A stretch of 64,000 bases of DNA from Pristiophorus japonicus. Lineage: Eukaryota. The notes beneath the pieces are model-generated. The model made no database searches. It saw only the letters and a list, made by a program, of their open reading frames with translations, and was not told the DNA's origin. Where the stretch lies: NCBI RefSeq assembly GCF_044704955.1, contig NC_091990.1:179800001-179864000 (forward strand). The letters run 5' to 3'. A program made the translations under genes and the position numbers. Positions within the stretch are counted from its first letter, which is position 1; the number at the start of each line of letters is the position of its first letter. Positions 11,627 to 23,057 of this stretch are shown here, one piece after another.

Positions 11627-12769
11627 ACATATGTCAGACTTGTCTCCCCTCACCAATTCCACTCAGTACCCTGTACCTGTCTCAGTACCCTGTCTCTCCT
11701 CCTGCCTTTGGGATCTCCCAGTGACAGATTGCTTCTTCACCATGATTGAGGGACAATCCAGTGGGATTTTGCATCCCAAAACAGTCTAATAGTATAGTAT
11801 ACAACAATAACTGGTTCTGGCAACATGAGAAATCGCAGCAAGCACCCAGTTTCTAACATGATCTTTCGATGCACATTTCATATCATTCCCAAAGACTGTG
11901 CTACTGAGAACTTCTATATCATTTGGAGTGCTTTATTTTAAAGAGTGTCTGGCATTATACTTTTTATTGATTGAGAAACCTAAACTGTTTTTAAAAGCCA
12001 ATAGGTTGTAGGAGGAAAGATACATGACAAATTCCACAGTTTTAAGGTTTAGGTAAAGAAATTAAATTGGAAGAACTCCCTTTTTAAAGTTGACTCTTAG
12101 CTTGTTGGCCCTGTATTGATACCGCAGTTCACCAGTCCCCAACCATAACAAAATCACAAACTTAAATTGATAATGAATCGATTTTCCTTCTGCTTGAAAT
12201 CTCTGACAGGGCCTTGCAACTAGTTTCCCATCCATTTAATAATATCTCTGATCTCTGCAGATGCAAACAATGGCCATCTCAATATCAGGATTACAAAAGT
12301 TAATATATGTATTGTATCTGCAGTGACAGCTTACGGTTCTTCAATATCTCATATCATCTTTGTTAATGTCTCCTGATATAATTCTGCAATATTCTGTCTC
12401 AGGTTTGAATTTACTCTTATTTGCAGTTGTAGGCTGGCTTTCCTAGTGTCTGATTTTCATTTTGCTCTGTGTGAGGGAGCAGCCTGAGCCACATTAATGT
12501 AAATGCTGCCTGATTGCGGCCGTTTGCAAACCGCTTCAAATTTTAGGATAGGGTAACTCTTTCCGAGAGGGATTGTGTTTCCAGATAGTTCTTAGTTTGA
12601 GTTGAAAAATAAGAGAGATAATATTAGATTAACAAAACTCATAGCCTTAAAACCAAAAAAATTACATTTAAGATCAAACTACTTTAACTACTGGGCCAAT
12701 ATTCTGGTAATTGAAACAAAATGTGACGAGATTACAAACACATTGTGGTGGGTTTTCCAGTGGTTTGGT

Positions 12770-12900
12770 TGGCAAATGCACTGCCCATCACAGTACTGAG
12801 CCATTCAAACCAGCAAAGGTTCCAGGTTCAATCCCTGATCTGTGCTCTGTTAGCTGGCCTCAGTTGGGGTGATAGGAGGGGCCCTACAATTGATAGCAGT
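12770..12900 (+). mobile_element. Old tRNA-derived SINE (second family), head fragment
   Basis: actgagccat...ggttccaggttcaatccc (B box)...tctgtgctctgttagctg...ctacaattg; related copies near 15740, 40780, 42400, 48830, 51275, 58540. Confidence 0.55.
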
Positions 12901-13339
12901 GCTCTTAAATTCCTTTGTCTGCAGTTTTAGCTGAGGCATTAACTCTTTTGAAATAAGTAAGTTGATGTTTGCCCAAACCAAAATGACATCCTTCTGTGGC
13001 TATGATTATGGGTGTTATCCCTCCTTGTCCTCCTCAATTTCTCAACAAATTTTGATACAGTTGACCATGCCATCCTTCTCTCTGGCTGTTCGACCAGTGG
13101 GATTGTACTTCTGTGGTTTCACTCCGACCTATCTGAACACAGATAGCAATGGCTTCTCTTCCTGTCCCTGCACTGCCATTTCCAGATTCTGCCCAAGGAC
13201 CTGTCCATGGCTTCACTTTGGCCTTATCTATGTTGGCCCATAGTGACATTATTTGCAGGCATGGGGTAAGTTTTCACATGTATGCTGTGACACTCAGCTC
13301 CACCACCACCCCACAATCAGCCCTGTAACCCTTATTGAC

Positions 13340-14050
13340 TGGTACATCAGTCATTGAAGGTTGGCATGCAGGTACAGCAGGCGGTTAAGAAAGCAAATGG
13401 CATGTTGGCCTTCATAGCGAGGGGATTTGAGTACAGGGGCAGGGAGGTGTTGCTACAGTTGTACAGGGCCTTGGTGAGGCCACACCTGGAGTATTGTGTA
13501 CAGTTTTGGTCTCCTAACTTGAGGAAGGACATTTTTGCTATTGAGGGAGTGCAGTTAAGGTTCACCAGACTGATTCCCGGGACGGCGGGACTGACATATC
13601 AAGAAAGACTGGATCAACTGGGCTTGTATTCACTGGAGTTCAGAAGAATGAGAGGGGATCCTCATAGAAACGTTTAAAATTCTGATGGGTTTAGACAGGT
13701 TAGATGCAGGAAGAATGTTCCCAATGTTGGGGAAGTCCAGAACCAGGGGTCACAGTCTAAGGATAAGGGGTAAGCCATTTAGGACCGAGATGAGGAGAAA
13801 CTTCTTCACCCAGAGAGTGGTGAACCTGTGGAATTCTCTGCCACAGAAAGTTGTTGAGGCCAATTCACTAAATATATTCAAAAAGGAGTTAGATGAAGTC
13901 CTTACTACTAGGGGGATCAAGGGGTATGGCGAGAAAGCAGGAATGGGGTACTGAAGTTGCATGTTCAGCCATGAACTCATTGAATGGCGGTGCAGGCTCG
14001 AAGGGCCGAATGGCCTACTCCTGCACCTATTTTCTATGTTTCTATGTTTC
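13340..14050 (+). mobile_element. CR1 LINE, young subfamily, 5'-truncated
   Basis: ORFs 13354..13677 and 13685..13954; (TTTCTATG)n tail; near-identical to 19894-20290 and to the reverse complement of 43161-43870. Confidence 0.95.
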
Positions 14051-15739
14051 AGTCAGGGTTTAATTTAATAGTGGGTCCGGGAACGTTCGGGTGGGTTGTC
14101 TCCCACACATTGCCGTGGTGAGTGCTAAAAAGAAAACCAGGCGAGCCCGCAGGGATTAAACCAGGCAGTCAGTCACTGATCACCCAATGACTAAAATTGG
14201 ATTTAGTTATGAATTTAATAGTGGGGCCAAAAACGATCTTTCCAGCAGGACATCCTCTCTCACATTGCTGTGGGAAATCGGGGAAAGAAAATCGGGCATG
14301 TGTTAAATTAAAATATATAGAGATATATGTATATATATGATATATATAAATTTAAATATCTGTAACTTTCCATCAGGACACCGGTGCAGGGTTCCAGGGG
14401 CGGCAGTGCCTCATTTGCCTCACCTGATAAGCCAACTCTGTTGGTGGAACTTGCTCCCTAAAGACCTCCACCTGTCCACTTTCCTCTGCACTTAAACTCT
14501 TTCTCAAAATCTACCTTTTCCACCAAGCTTTTGTTTCGCCTCTTAATCTTTCCTTCAGTGACTAAGTGTCCATTCCCTTAACGATTTCTGATCTCTTTTC
14601 TTCCTCCTCTGAGAAATGTCGTGGGATGGTTTCTAAATTAATGTAAGTGTAAATTAATGTAAATGAGAATCATATGTTAAGAGGTAAGTCATACAAATGT
14701 GTTAAGCATTCATTTGCTGATATCACTGACAGTAATTTCTGGGCTAGTATCTGCTTTGTCTATAATGTCACCATAGTTGAATAGTTTGCTATCACTCACT
14801 ATTTTGGATCACACATAGAGAATAGCCACTTGGATGAAGTAATGGAAGGATTTTGATGGCAATGGAACATTATCTTAGTGTTTTCAGGAGGAGAAGAAAA
14901 CTTTGTGGGAAGAAAAAAAATGAACAGTCTGCCTTTAAGACGCATTGGCTCATAACTTAATGGGGCATTATTCTGGAAATTGAAATTAAGGAAATGCTGG
15001 AAATATTTCTTCACATGCACTTTGTTGTTTTAATGAAAAATGAATTATTGTATTGTGAAGTCCCCTTCAAGAATGGAAAGTGAAATAATCGACCTGCAGG
15101 GAGTTAGTTGAATGTTGTGGCCTGATTTCTACCATGTGTGCAGCGTGAGAGATGACAAACATCTGGAGTAGAAGCCATTGGCATCCTTCAGATCAATCTA
15201 ACATATCCATGATTATGAAAAAAAACTCTATCAAATCATAAGGAAAAAAGCTGGAAAAAAATCAATGACAAATGGTGCCCTATTTTAACCTCCATCAGTC
15301 CATCTCACCTGGATAATCAGCTCAGCTCTACATGTATACCGCAAGTTCCATCATGTATCCTCATATCCCTTGGGCACAGCTCTACCATATAGAAAACAGG
15401 TTCCCGAAAGAACTATTAGGAAACAATGATTACAAGATGTTAAATCACCATTTGCTAGCTCCGAGTTTGGTTATTTGTAAAAGCCATTGTTTTCACAGTA
15501 GAGTACATTTTGTGAGGCTCTGCTCCTAGTAGACAGTCTCATTCAAAGCGAGTGTGAATCGGAGAATCAGGTGCAGCGGTCTGTGGGATCTCTTTGTGGC
15601 ACACCCAATTAATGAGTAGATAATCGGGCCCTATGTGCCCAGTTCTCTGATCCCCTCTCCTGTAACCTTGCCGTTCAGAATTTATCCATTGTAATCAACT
15701 CGTTGTCAATTCTCGCTTTATTGTCTTTTTCCCGTGCCA

Positions 15740-16010
15740 CTTTTTCCCTCTCCTCTCCTTCCATGAAAACAAACCTGTTGGGGTATGGTTTCACAGGTGC
15801 CAGTCGCCCTCCAGTACCTCACTCAACTGGCCATTGAGCATGCATCAATCTTGACAGCAAGTGTTTGTATACCATTCAACCAAGAGGCTATCACAGCCAA
15901 ACCGAAACCTATCCTGATCCGATGGTCTTGCATACCCACATTTCAGCAAGGTTTGCTCGCTAGCGATCAGGAGTGGGATGCCTGGTTGATATTCCTTTCT
16001 TGTTCCATGG
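15740..16010 (-). mobile_element. Old SINE (second family) body fragment
   Basis: Reverse complement matches the body of 48830-49215 (aatggcca...gaggtactggaggg; atcacagcc...atcctg). Confidence 0.5.
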
Positions 16011-17010
16011 TTTCTTGTGTGCTCATGCTTATTTGGCCACCAGCAATTTCCAGCTTATAAAAGGCAGACATTTTTCAATTTTGCGTACAAGGCGATCCTG
16101 TTTATTGCAGGAGGTAAGGCCAAATAGCCGTATTTAAACAGAGCTGCCTCCGATAGGAATAACTGTACCATTGTTGACTACATAAGGAACAAGCTTGGGA
16201 CTTAGAAACTACTTGCATATAACTGGAGTTAACTTCCATCAGTTTCCCTTTATACCTGTATTGATTTATCTGTGTTCAATAAGTAATAGTTGAGAGGAAG
16301 TTAAAGGCAGAGACAGCCTTTGGCTTCAGATAAAGTGTAAAAAGCACTTGTATTTTCTCTTGTGAGTTATGACAGTGTCTAAAGCTAAATCTAAAGATTT
16401 TGTTGCTTCTTTGTAACTGCCTGTCCATTATTCTGGATGTTACAGTGTTAAAGCTTGGAATCACCTTTCATTTGCTGTTCACTAACAGAAAGCAACCACC
16501 TCACTTACAGTAAGATTTGAGTAAAGTAGCTTTATGTTGTGAATCTCGGTTTCACTGAAAAATTTAGGATGTTCTGCAGGAGAAGTGGCAGCTTCTTAAT
16601 TTATCACATTTCTCCCAAAAGAGGGATTTGGCAGGAATGGGTCTGCATTTTACAACAGTGTTTTTTCAAATCTTATTGCACAGAGGGAGTGGAATGCATT
16701 GTGTACGCCGAACAATATGAGATGCATTAGGGAAGTCCGTATCTAATCAAAACATATTTAGTGCTTGTTATTTGACCTCTTCATGTTAGCTATGTGAGGA
16801 ATCCAGTAATAATTTTATTATTGCACCCTTGGGCCAAGATCTTGAAACTGGTTGGCTACAGTAAAAGTTAGATTGCAAATAATTGTTTTTTTACTCTTGA
16901 CTACGGCAGAACTTCCAGTTTAGTGACAGCGTCTGATCAGGGTACCCGTGATCTTGAAATGCTAAGTGACTTACTTACACAGTGTAACAGCCTACATATG
17001 AAATATTATA

Positions 17011-18025
17011 CAATCTATATTAATGACTTGGAACAATCTATATTAACGACTTAGAAGAAGGGACTGAGTGTAACGTAGCCAAGTTTGCTGACGATACAAA
17101 GATGGGAGGAAAAGCAATGTGTGAGGAGGACATAAAAAATCTACAAAAGGACATAGACAGGCTAAGTGAGTGGGCAAAAATTTGGCAAATGGAATATAAT
17201 GTTGGAAAGTGTGAGGTCATGCACTTTTGTAGAAAAAAATCAAAGAGCAAGTTAATATTTAAATGGAGAAAGATTGCAAAGTGCCGCAGTACAGTGGGAC
17301 CTGGAGGTAGTTGTGCATGAAATACAAAAGGATAGAATGCAGGTACAGAAAGTGATCAGGAAGGCCAATGGTATCTTGGCCTTTATTGCAAAGGGGATGG
17401 AGTATAAAAGCAGGGAAGTCTTGCTACAGTTATACGGGTATTGGTGAGGCCACACCTGGAATACTGCGTGCAGTTTTGGTTTCCATATTTACGAAAGGAT
17501 ATACTTGCTTTGGAGGCAGTACAGAGAAGGTTCACTAGGTTGATTCCAGGGATGAGGGGGTTGACTTGAGGAAAGGTTTGAGTAGTTTGGGCCTCTACTC
17601 ATTGGAATTCAGAAGAATGAGGGGTGATCTTATCGAAACGTATAAGATTATGAGGGGGCTTGACAAGGTGGATGCAGAGAGGATGTTTCCACTGATGGGG
17701 GAGACTAGAACTAGGGGGCATAATCTCAGAATAAGGGGCCGCCCATTTAAAACAGAGATGAGGAGAAATTTCTTCTATCAGAGGGTTGTAAATCTGTGGA
17801 ATTCGCTGCCTCAGAGAGCTGTGGAAGCTGGGACATTGAATAAATTTAAGACAGAAATAGACAGTTTCTTAAACAATAAGGGGATAGGGTGTTATGGGGA
17901 GCGGGTGGAGAAGTGGACCCGAGTCCATGATCAGATCAGGCATGATCTTATTGAATGGTGGAACAGGTTCGAGGGGTCGTACGGCCTACTCCTGTTCCTA
18001 TTTCTTATGTTCTTATGCTCTTATG
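17011..18025 (+). mobile_element. CR1 LINE, 5'-truncated, with a 23-bp tandem duplication at its 5' end
   Basis: TIYINDLEEG...FADDTK; ORF 17566..18060; (TTCTTATG)n tail; caatctatattaa(t/c)gactt(g/a)gaa repeated at 17011 and 17034. Confidence 0.93.
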
Positions 18026-18812
18026 TAATCTCAGGCGCTGCACTTATATGTGGAGAATGATGTGCAAGAGAGAAATGAGAGGGAGACCAACATTAGAAAG
18101 AAAATAAACACACAAGGGCAAAATTGCAACAGAGCGGCAAGCCACTTAGATTGTAGCCCACATTGCCTATGGGAAGTGAAGAATTGATCTCACCCCTATG
18201 TGTAACGGTATTGTAAATTCATTCAAAAAGACAACATTTATGATTTCATTACGCATTACACATAACCAGAGCAACTCTTCCCCTATGGTGAGTTCCTGAT
18301 TTCGGCTTAGTTGGTAAGGGATGAGGGCGAATCATATGAATCTTTTTCTCATCTCTCGCCTGCAGCCTTTGTCTATCATTATCTTTCACTTTATTCTATC
18401 TTATTAATACTACTATGATGACTATTGCTCTATTGGGTCTTATTTGGTTTCTCCTATGTTCTCCTAATATTATGATCTGCATCAGGGAAATAATATTTTG
18501 CTGGATGTTGATGTAAGCATCTCGGAAGGCATCAGCACATCCATTATTGTGTATGCAGCCTGTCAAAATATGATTGATTCATATGTCGTATTTTTCTTGG
18601 GAGTGAAAGGATCAATTGGGGCTTTCTTGGTCTTATTAGAGTCTGCATCATTTCCAGTATAAGAGTGCCAAATGTACCTTGCAATTGTTCTCCCTCATTA
18701 TGCAAAAGCAAAACCCTCTTTTGCATTTAATTGCACAGCTGATATTAAAACTTGTCATGACACATTCAAAGCATTCACTCATTTCTCCCATCTCAAAGGG
18801 ACTGAATTAAGA

Positions 18813-19058
18813 TCATTGAGTATTAGGCAGTCCCTCGTATCGAGGATGACCCACTTCCACACCAAAAAGGGATGAGTTCACAGGTGTTTCAATGAGGGAC
18901 CTGACACTCGAGGTTCCGAACTACATATTGAAGAGTGGAAGATGTCTCTGCATGGATTCTTTTAACGTGGGGTGGCCGTTGCACACCAGCCACCACACGG
19001 GCTTAACAGAGCTAGGTCTTGATCTAGTGGCAAGGGTTAACCAAGACGACTGGAGACC
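18813..19058 (-). mobile_element. Non-autonomous RTE-tailed element, short copy
   Basis: Colinear with 9750-9985. Confidence 0.85.
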
Positions 19059-19893
19059 AAGTCTAAGATGCATTACTAACATTCTCAAAGGATATTTGCT
19101 TATTGAATTGAGATAGAGGAAGCAATCCCGAAGCCGTGGTACTAGTAGAATTGTATTGTTACTCAGACGGAAACAGATATATGTAAAGGATACACTGGTT
19201 ACAACTTATTCCAGCCATACCCCGGCCTACAGCTAAACAAAACCTACATATGGGAGTTAATCATATTTTTACCTCCTGAATTCATCCTTAATTGCTTTTA
19301 TATTACTCGCGAACCTCTCATTAGTACTTTTTGAACTATCTTTGTCAACAAAATGTAATGTTTTCTTCATCAATACGTTATTTATTTGCGAAGAAATACC
19401 TTGGTCATTGCAATTAATAAAATCAGCACACTGTATTTGTGCCAATAGAAACTCCGAGTTCCCCCTCTAGTGTCTGGATGAATACAGTACAGGGCTTTGG
19501 CTCTTCACCTGGATTTCTCATAAAAAGAGAAAATCTGCAATTCTCGTATCTCCTAGTTGCCAATTAGAGAAACACATTGGCAGAAGCTTGGTAGCAGACA
19601 GTGATCCAGACGCCACTGGCCTGGATATCTGCGAAAGAAATTTGATGTATTCCAACACCACTTTTAGCAAAATGAAAAATTAATTTGCGGTAATTAACTG
19701 TCGGAAGCAACATTCAGAGAGAAACTGCCAAAAAGCCAGCCTGATGGTAATCTGTGAGTCACATATTGACCAGTGCTGGCTTGCGATAGAGTTAATGTTT
19801 GAGAAGGATAAAACGGCACTGCGGAGGAATGAACTATGAAGAACATTGTCAGGAATAATCCCTTTGCTGGTGATATCACTGAAGCTTCCTTAT

Positions 19894-20290
19894 GACCTCA
19901 TAGAAACATTTAAAATTCTGACGGGGTTAGACAGGTTAGATGCAGGAAGAATGTTCCCAATGTTGGGGAAGTCCAGAACCAGAGGTCACAGTCTAAGGAT
20001 AAGGGGTAAGCCATTTAGGACCGAGATGCGGAGGAACTTCTTCACCCAGAGAGTGGTGAACCTGTGGAATTCTCTACCACAGAAAGTTGTTGAGGCCAAT
20101 TCACTAAATATATTCAAAAAGGAGTTAGATGAGGTCCTTACTACTAGGGGGATCAAGGGGTATGGCGAGAAAACAGGAATGGGGTACTGAAGTTGAATGT
20201 TCAGCCATGAACTCATTGAATGGCGGTGCAGGCTAGAAGGGCCGAATGGCCTACTCCTGCACCTATTTTCTATGTTTCTATGTTTCTATG
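19894..20290 (+). mobile_element. CR1 LINE 3' end, young subfamily
   Basis: Nearly identical to 13660-14050; flanked by tatgac on both sides. Confidence 0.93.
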
Positions 20291-21712
20291 ACATTTTAAC
20301 GCGACTCAATTATCCTCAGCGTTTAAAACATGTAAATACCTGGAAATTACTGTTGCTGATAGTAACAGACTAACGCTTAACATGTTTACATGACATTCCT
20401 GTGTCTGCTACTTTAGCGGAGGTGTTAACCAGTTTAAGATGGAAAGGTAAAACCTGATGTAATAGCAGACAGAGGAATGTTACACGAAAGCTACTCAGTG
20501 TCTGTCTACTCATATCACTAACGGTAACTTCTAACCTAAAATGTTAATATTAAAAAGAGAGCGGAAGTTTAGAGGGAATGCTTTCAATTCAAAGTGCTCC
20601 TTTGTAAAAAAAAAACAGGAAGATATAAATGTGCTCTCTTTAAACAGGAAACTTCACATTTTCTCAACAGAGACCTTCTACATCCCACCAGAGCTGCTCT
20701 GCTGATATAGTTGGCAGTTGTTCTGTGCACCTTACTGGGGGATGGTAAATTCAGGCTGGCCTGTGAGCAGATTTGGACTCGGAGAAATATTGTTATCAGC
20801 TAAGTAAAGTGCCCAAATAACGAACACAGGTAGTTCCTTCCTATCAATGATGAGTGGCTCTGATTGGTAAAAAATCCAAATTAGGGGCTTGACAATGGGG
20901 CAGGAAATATGCATTTTTTTATAAAGGCAGTGCATACTTTTTTTGCTAAAAGACAATCGGGGAATACTTTGAATAGATAACACTTCCCTTAGACTTTCTT
21001 CCCCTTCAAGAAAATTGCCATTTTTACCACTTGTGATATAGATGCACAATGCCATGTGTAATGATGGAATGGAAGCTTCACTAGCAAGGATTATCTTACA
21101 AAAGTCACACATGATTTTGTTGTTTATGAATTATGAAGCCATTTTCAGCATTAGTATAATTAGGTATTTTAACATTTAAGTCTTTATTAGGAGAATGGAA
21201 TGATTAAGCTGGCATACCTTGATCTAACAACATTGGAATTTTTCCCTTGGCAATGTACTTTCAACACTTGGGTGATTGTATTACCTATCGTGCATACAGT
21301 TAAGTAGTTTTAGCCCAGTGGTACATTACAACATATAATGGTTTCAATTGTTCCGGCACCAGTGTTAAAATATTTTCCTCAAGTATCCACCATTTCCATT
21401 GTGCCTTAGCGCTCTCTTCAGTTATTATATTGACTGAGTTTTAAAATACTGACCTATGATAATGCATTGTTAAACACTTGAGATAATTTCTGCAATGTAA
21501 AGACCATTATTTCAGTAACTTCCATTGAGGATTATAGCAATGAGAATTTAAGCACTTTTCCTCATTTCATGATTATTGTCTGGTGAGTGCATACAAAATG
21601 TATTGATTATGAATGCTGATTTGAGACATTCTGACATTAGATCATGATGCAGAATAAAGTAGCTTATATATATATTAAAAAAAATATATATAATAGGGTT
21701 TATTTCTACAGG

Positions 21713-21875
21713 TAATAAAAACAGAAAATGCTGGAAATACTCAACAGGATCATCTGTGGAGAGAGAAACATAGGACTCTGTTTCTCTCTCCACAGATGCT
21801 GCCTGACCTGCTGAGTATTTCCAGCATTTGTGTTTGTTTTTCAAATTTCCAACATCCGCAGTATTTTTCTTTTAT
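21713..21875. mobile_element. Palindromic mini-element made of two inverted Penelope pLTR 3' ends
   Basis: aaaacagaaaatgctggaaatactca...catctgtggagagagaaaca / tgtttctctctccacagatgctgcctgacctgctgagtatttccagcattt; matches 47497-47590. Confidence 0.75.
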
Positions 21876-21946
21876 CTTGCAGAGAGCCGGCAGAGGCTTG
21901 ACGGGCTGAATGAACTCTTTCTTTGCTTTAACCATTCTACGATTTC

Positions 21947-22745
21947 TAAAGGGATAGAATTGAACAGTAGAAAAGTTATGCTAAACTTGTATCGAACCTT
22001 GGTTAGACCACACCTGGAGCACTGTGTTCTAGTCACGATGTAATGAAAAGGATATAGCGACACTGGAGAGGGTGCAAAAAGGATTTACAAGAATGATACC
22101 AGAAATGTGAGGTTATATCTATCAGGAAAGGATACACAGGGTCTCATTTCTCTTGACCTAATAGTGGTCTATAACATTATGAAAGGTTTTGATAGAGTAT
22201 TCACAGAGAGAGTGTTTCTATTTGTGGGGGAGAGCCAAACTAAAGGCTATCAATATTGTTATTGTATGCAACCCTGGGTAACCTGTATCATACCGCCTCC
22301 AGAGGCCTACCTGTTGGAGTCCCAAAGGATCCTGGCATCCCTTGGGAACACTGTATATAAGCAGCCCCCCTCCATGCTGTACCAACACTCTGGCATTTGA
22401 ATAAAGGAGCTAAGGTCACACTTACTCATGTCTACAGTACTCAGTTACATTACTTTATTATGAACATAACAAATATAAGATAGTCACCAAAAAATCAATT
22501 AGGGAATTCAGAAGAAATTCTTTACCAGAGAGTGGTGAGAATGTGGAACTCGCTACCACAGGGAGTAATTAATGCAAATAGTACAGATGCTTTTAAGGAT
22601 AAGCATATGAGGCAGAAGGGAATAGACGGTTATGCTGATAGAGTTAGATGAGGAAAGATGCGAGAAAAATGGGAGCAGAAATGCTGGCATGGACTTGTTG
22701 GGCCGAATGGCCTGTTTCTTTGCTGTATATTCTAAGTAATTTTAT
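21947..22745 (+). mobile_element. Older CR1 3' portion, interrupted by a solo LTR
   Basis: LYRTLVRPHLEHCV; agaaattctttaccagagagtggtgagaatgtggaactcgctacc; CR1-type 3' end. Confidence 0.8.
22257..22471 (+). mobile_element. Solo LTR (Gypsy-type), 215 bp
   Basis: TGTTAT...ATAACA termini, 5-bp TSD AATAT (22252-22256/22472-22476), internal TATATAA and AATAAA. Confidence 0.88.
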
Positions 22746-22854
22746 GAATATAGCTTATCACTAAAATCTAAACTTTCCTCGGTTTGCGAATATAGTAAAA
22801 AAATGTAGAAGTGAGTATAAAATGAGAGCACAGAGAAAAATCATGGATGTTCCT

Positions 22855-23057
22855 GCAGTCCATTATTAAGGAAGCAGTAGCAGAACATTTGGAAAAATAT
22901 AATACAGTCAAGCAGAGTCAGCATGGTTTTATGAAAGGGAAATCATGTTTGACATATTTGCTGGAGATCTTTGAGGATGTAATGAACAGGGTTGATAAGA
23001 GGGAACCTGTGGATGTGGTGTATTTGGATTTCTAGAAAGCATTCGATAAGGTGCCAC
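22855..23057 (+). mobile_element. CR1 RT fragment (5' part of host copy continuing at 25623)
   Basis: QSQHGFMKGKSCLT...VDVVYLDF.KAFDKVPH. Confidence 0.85.
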
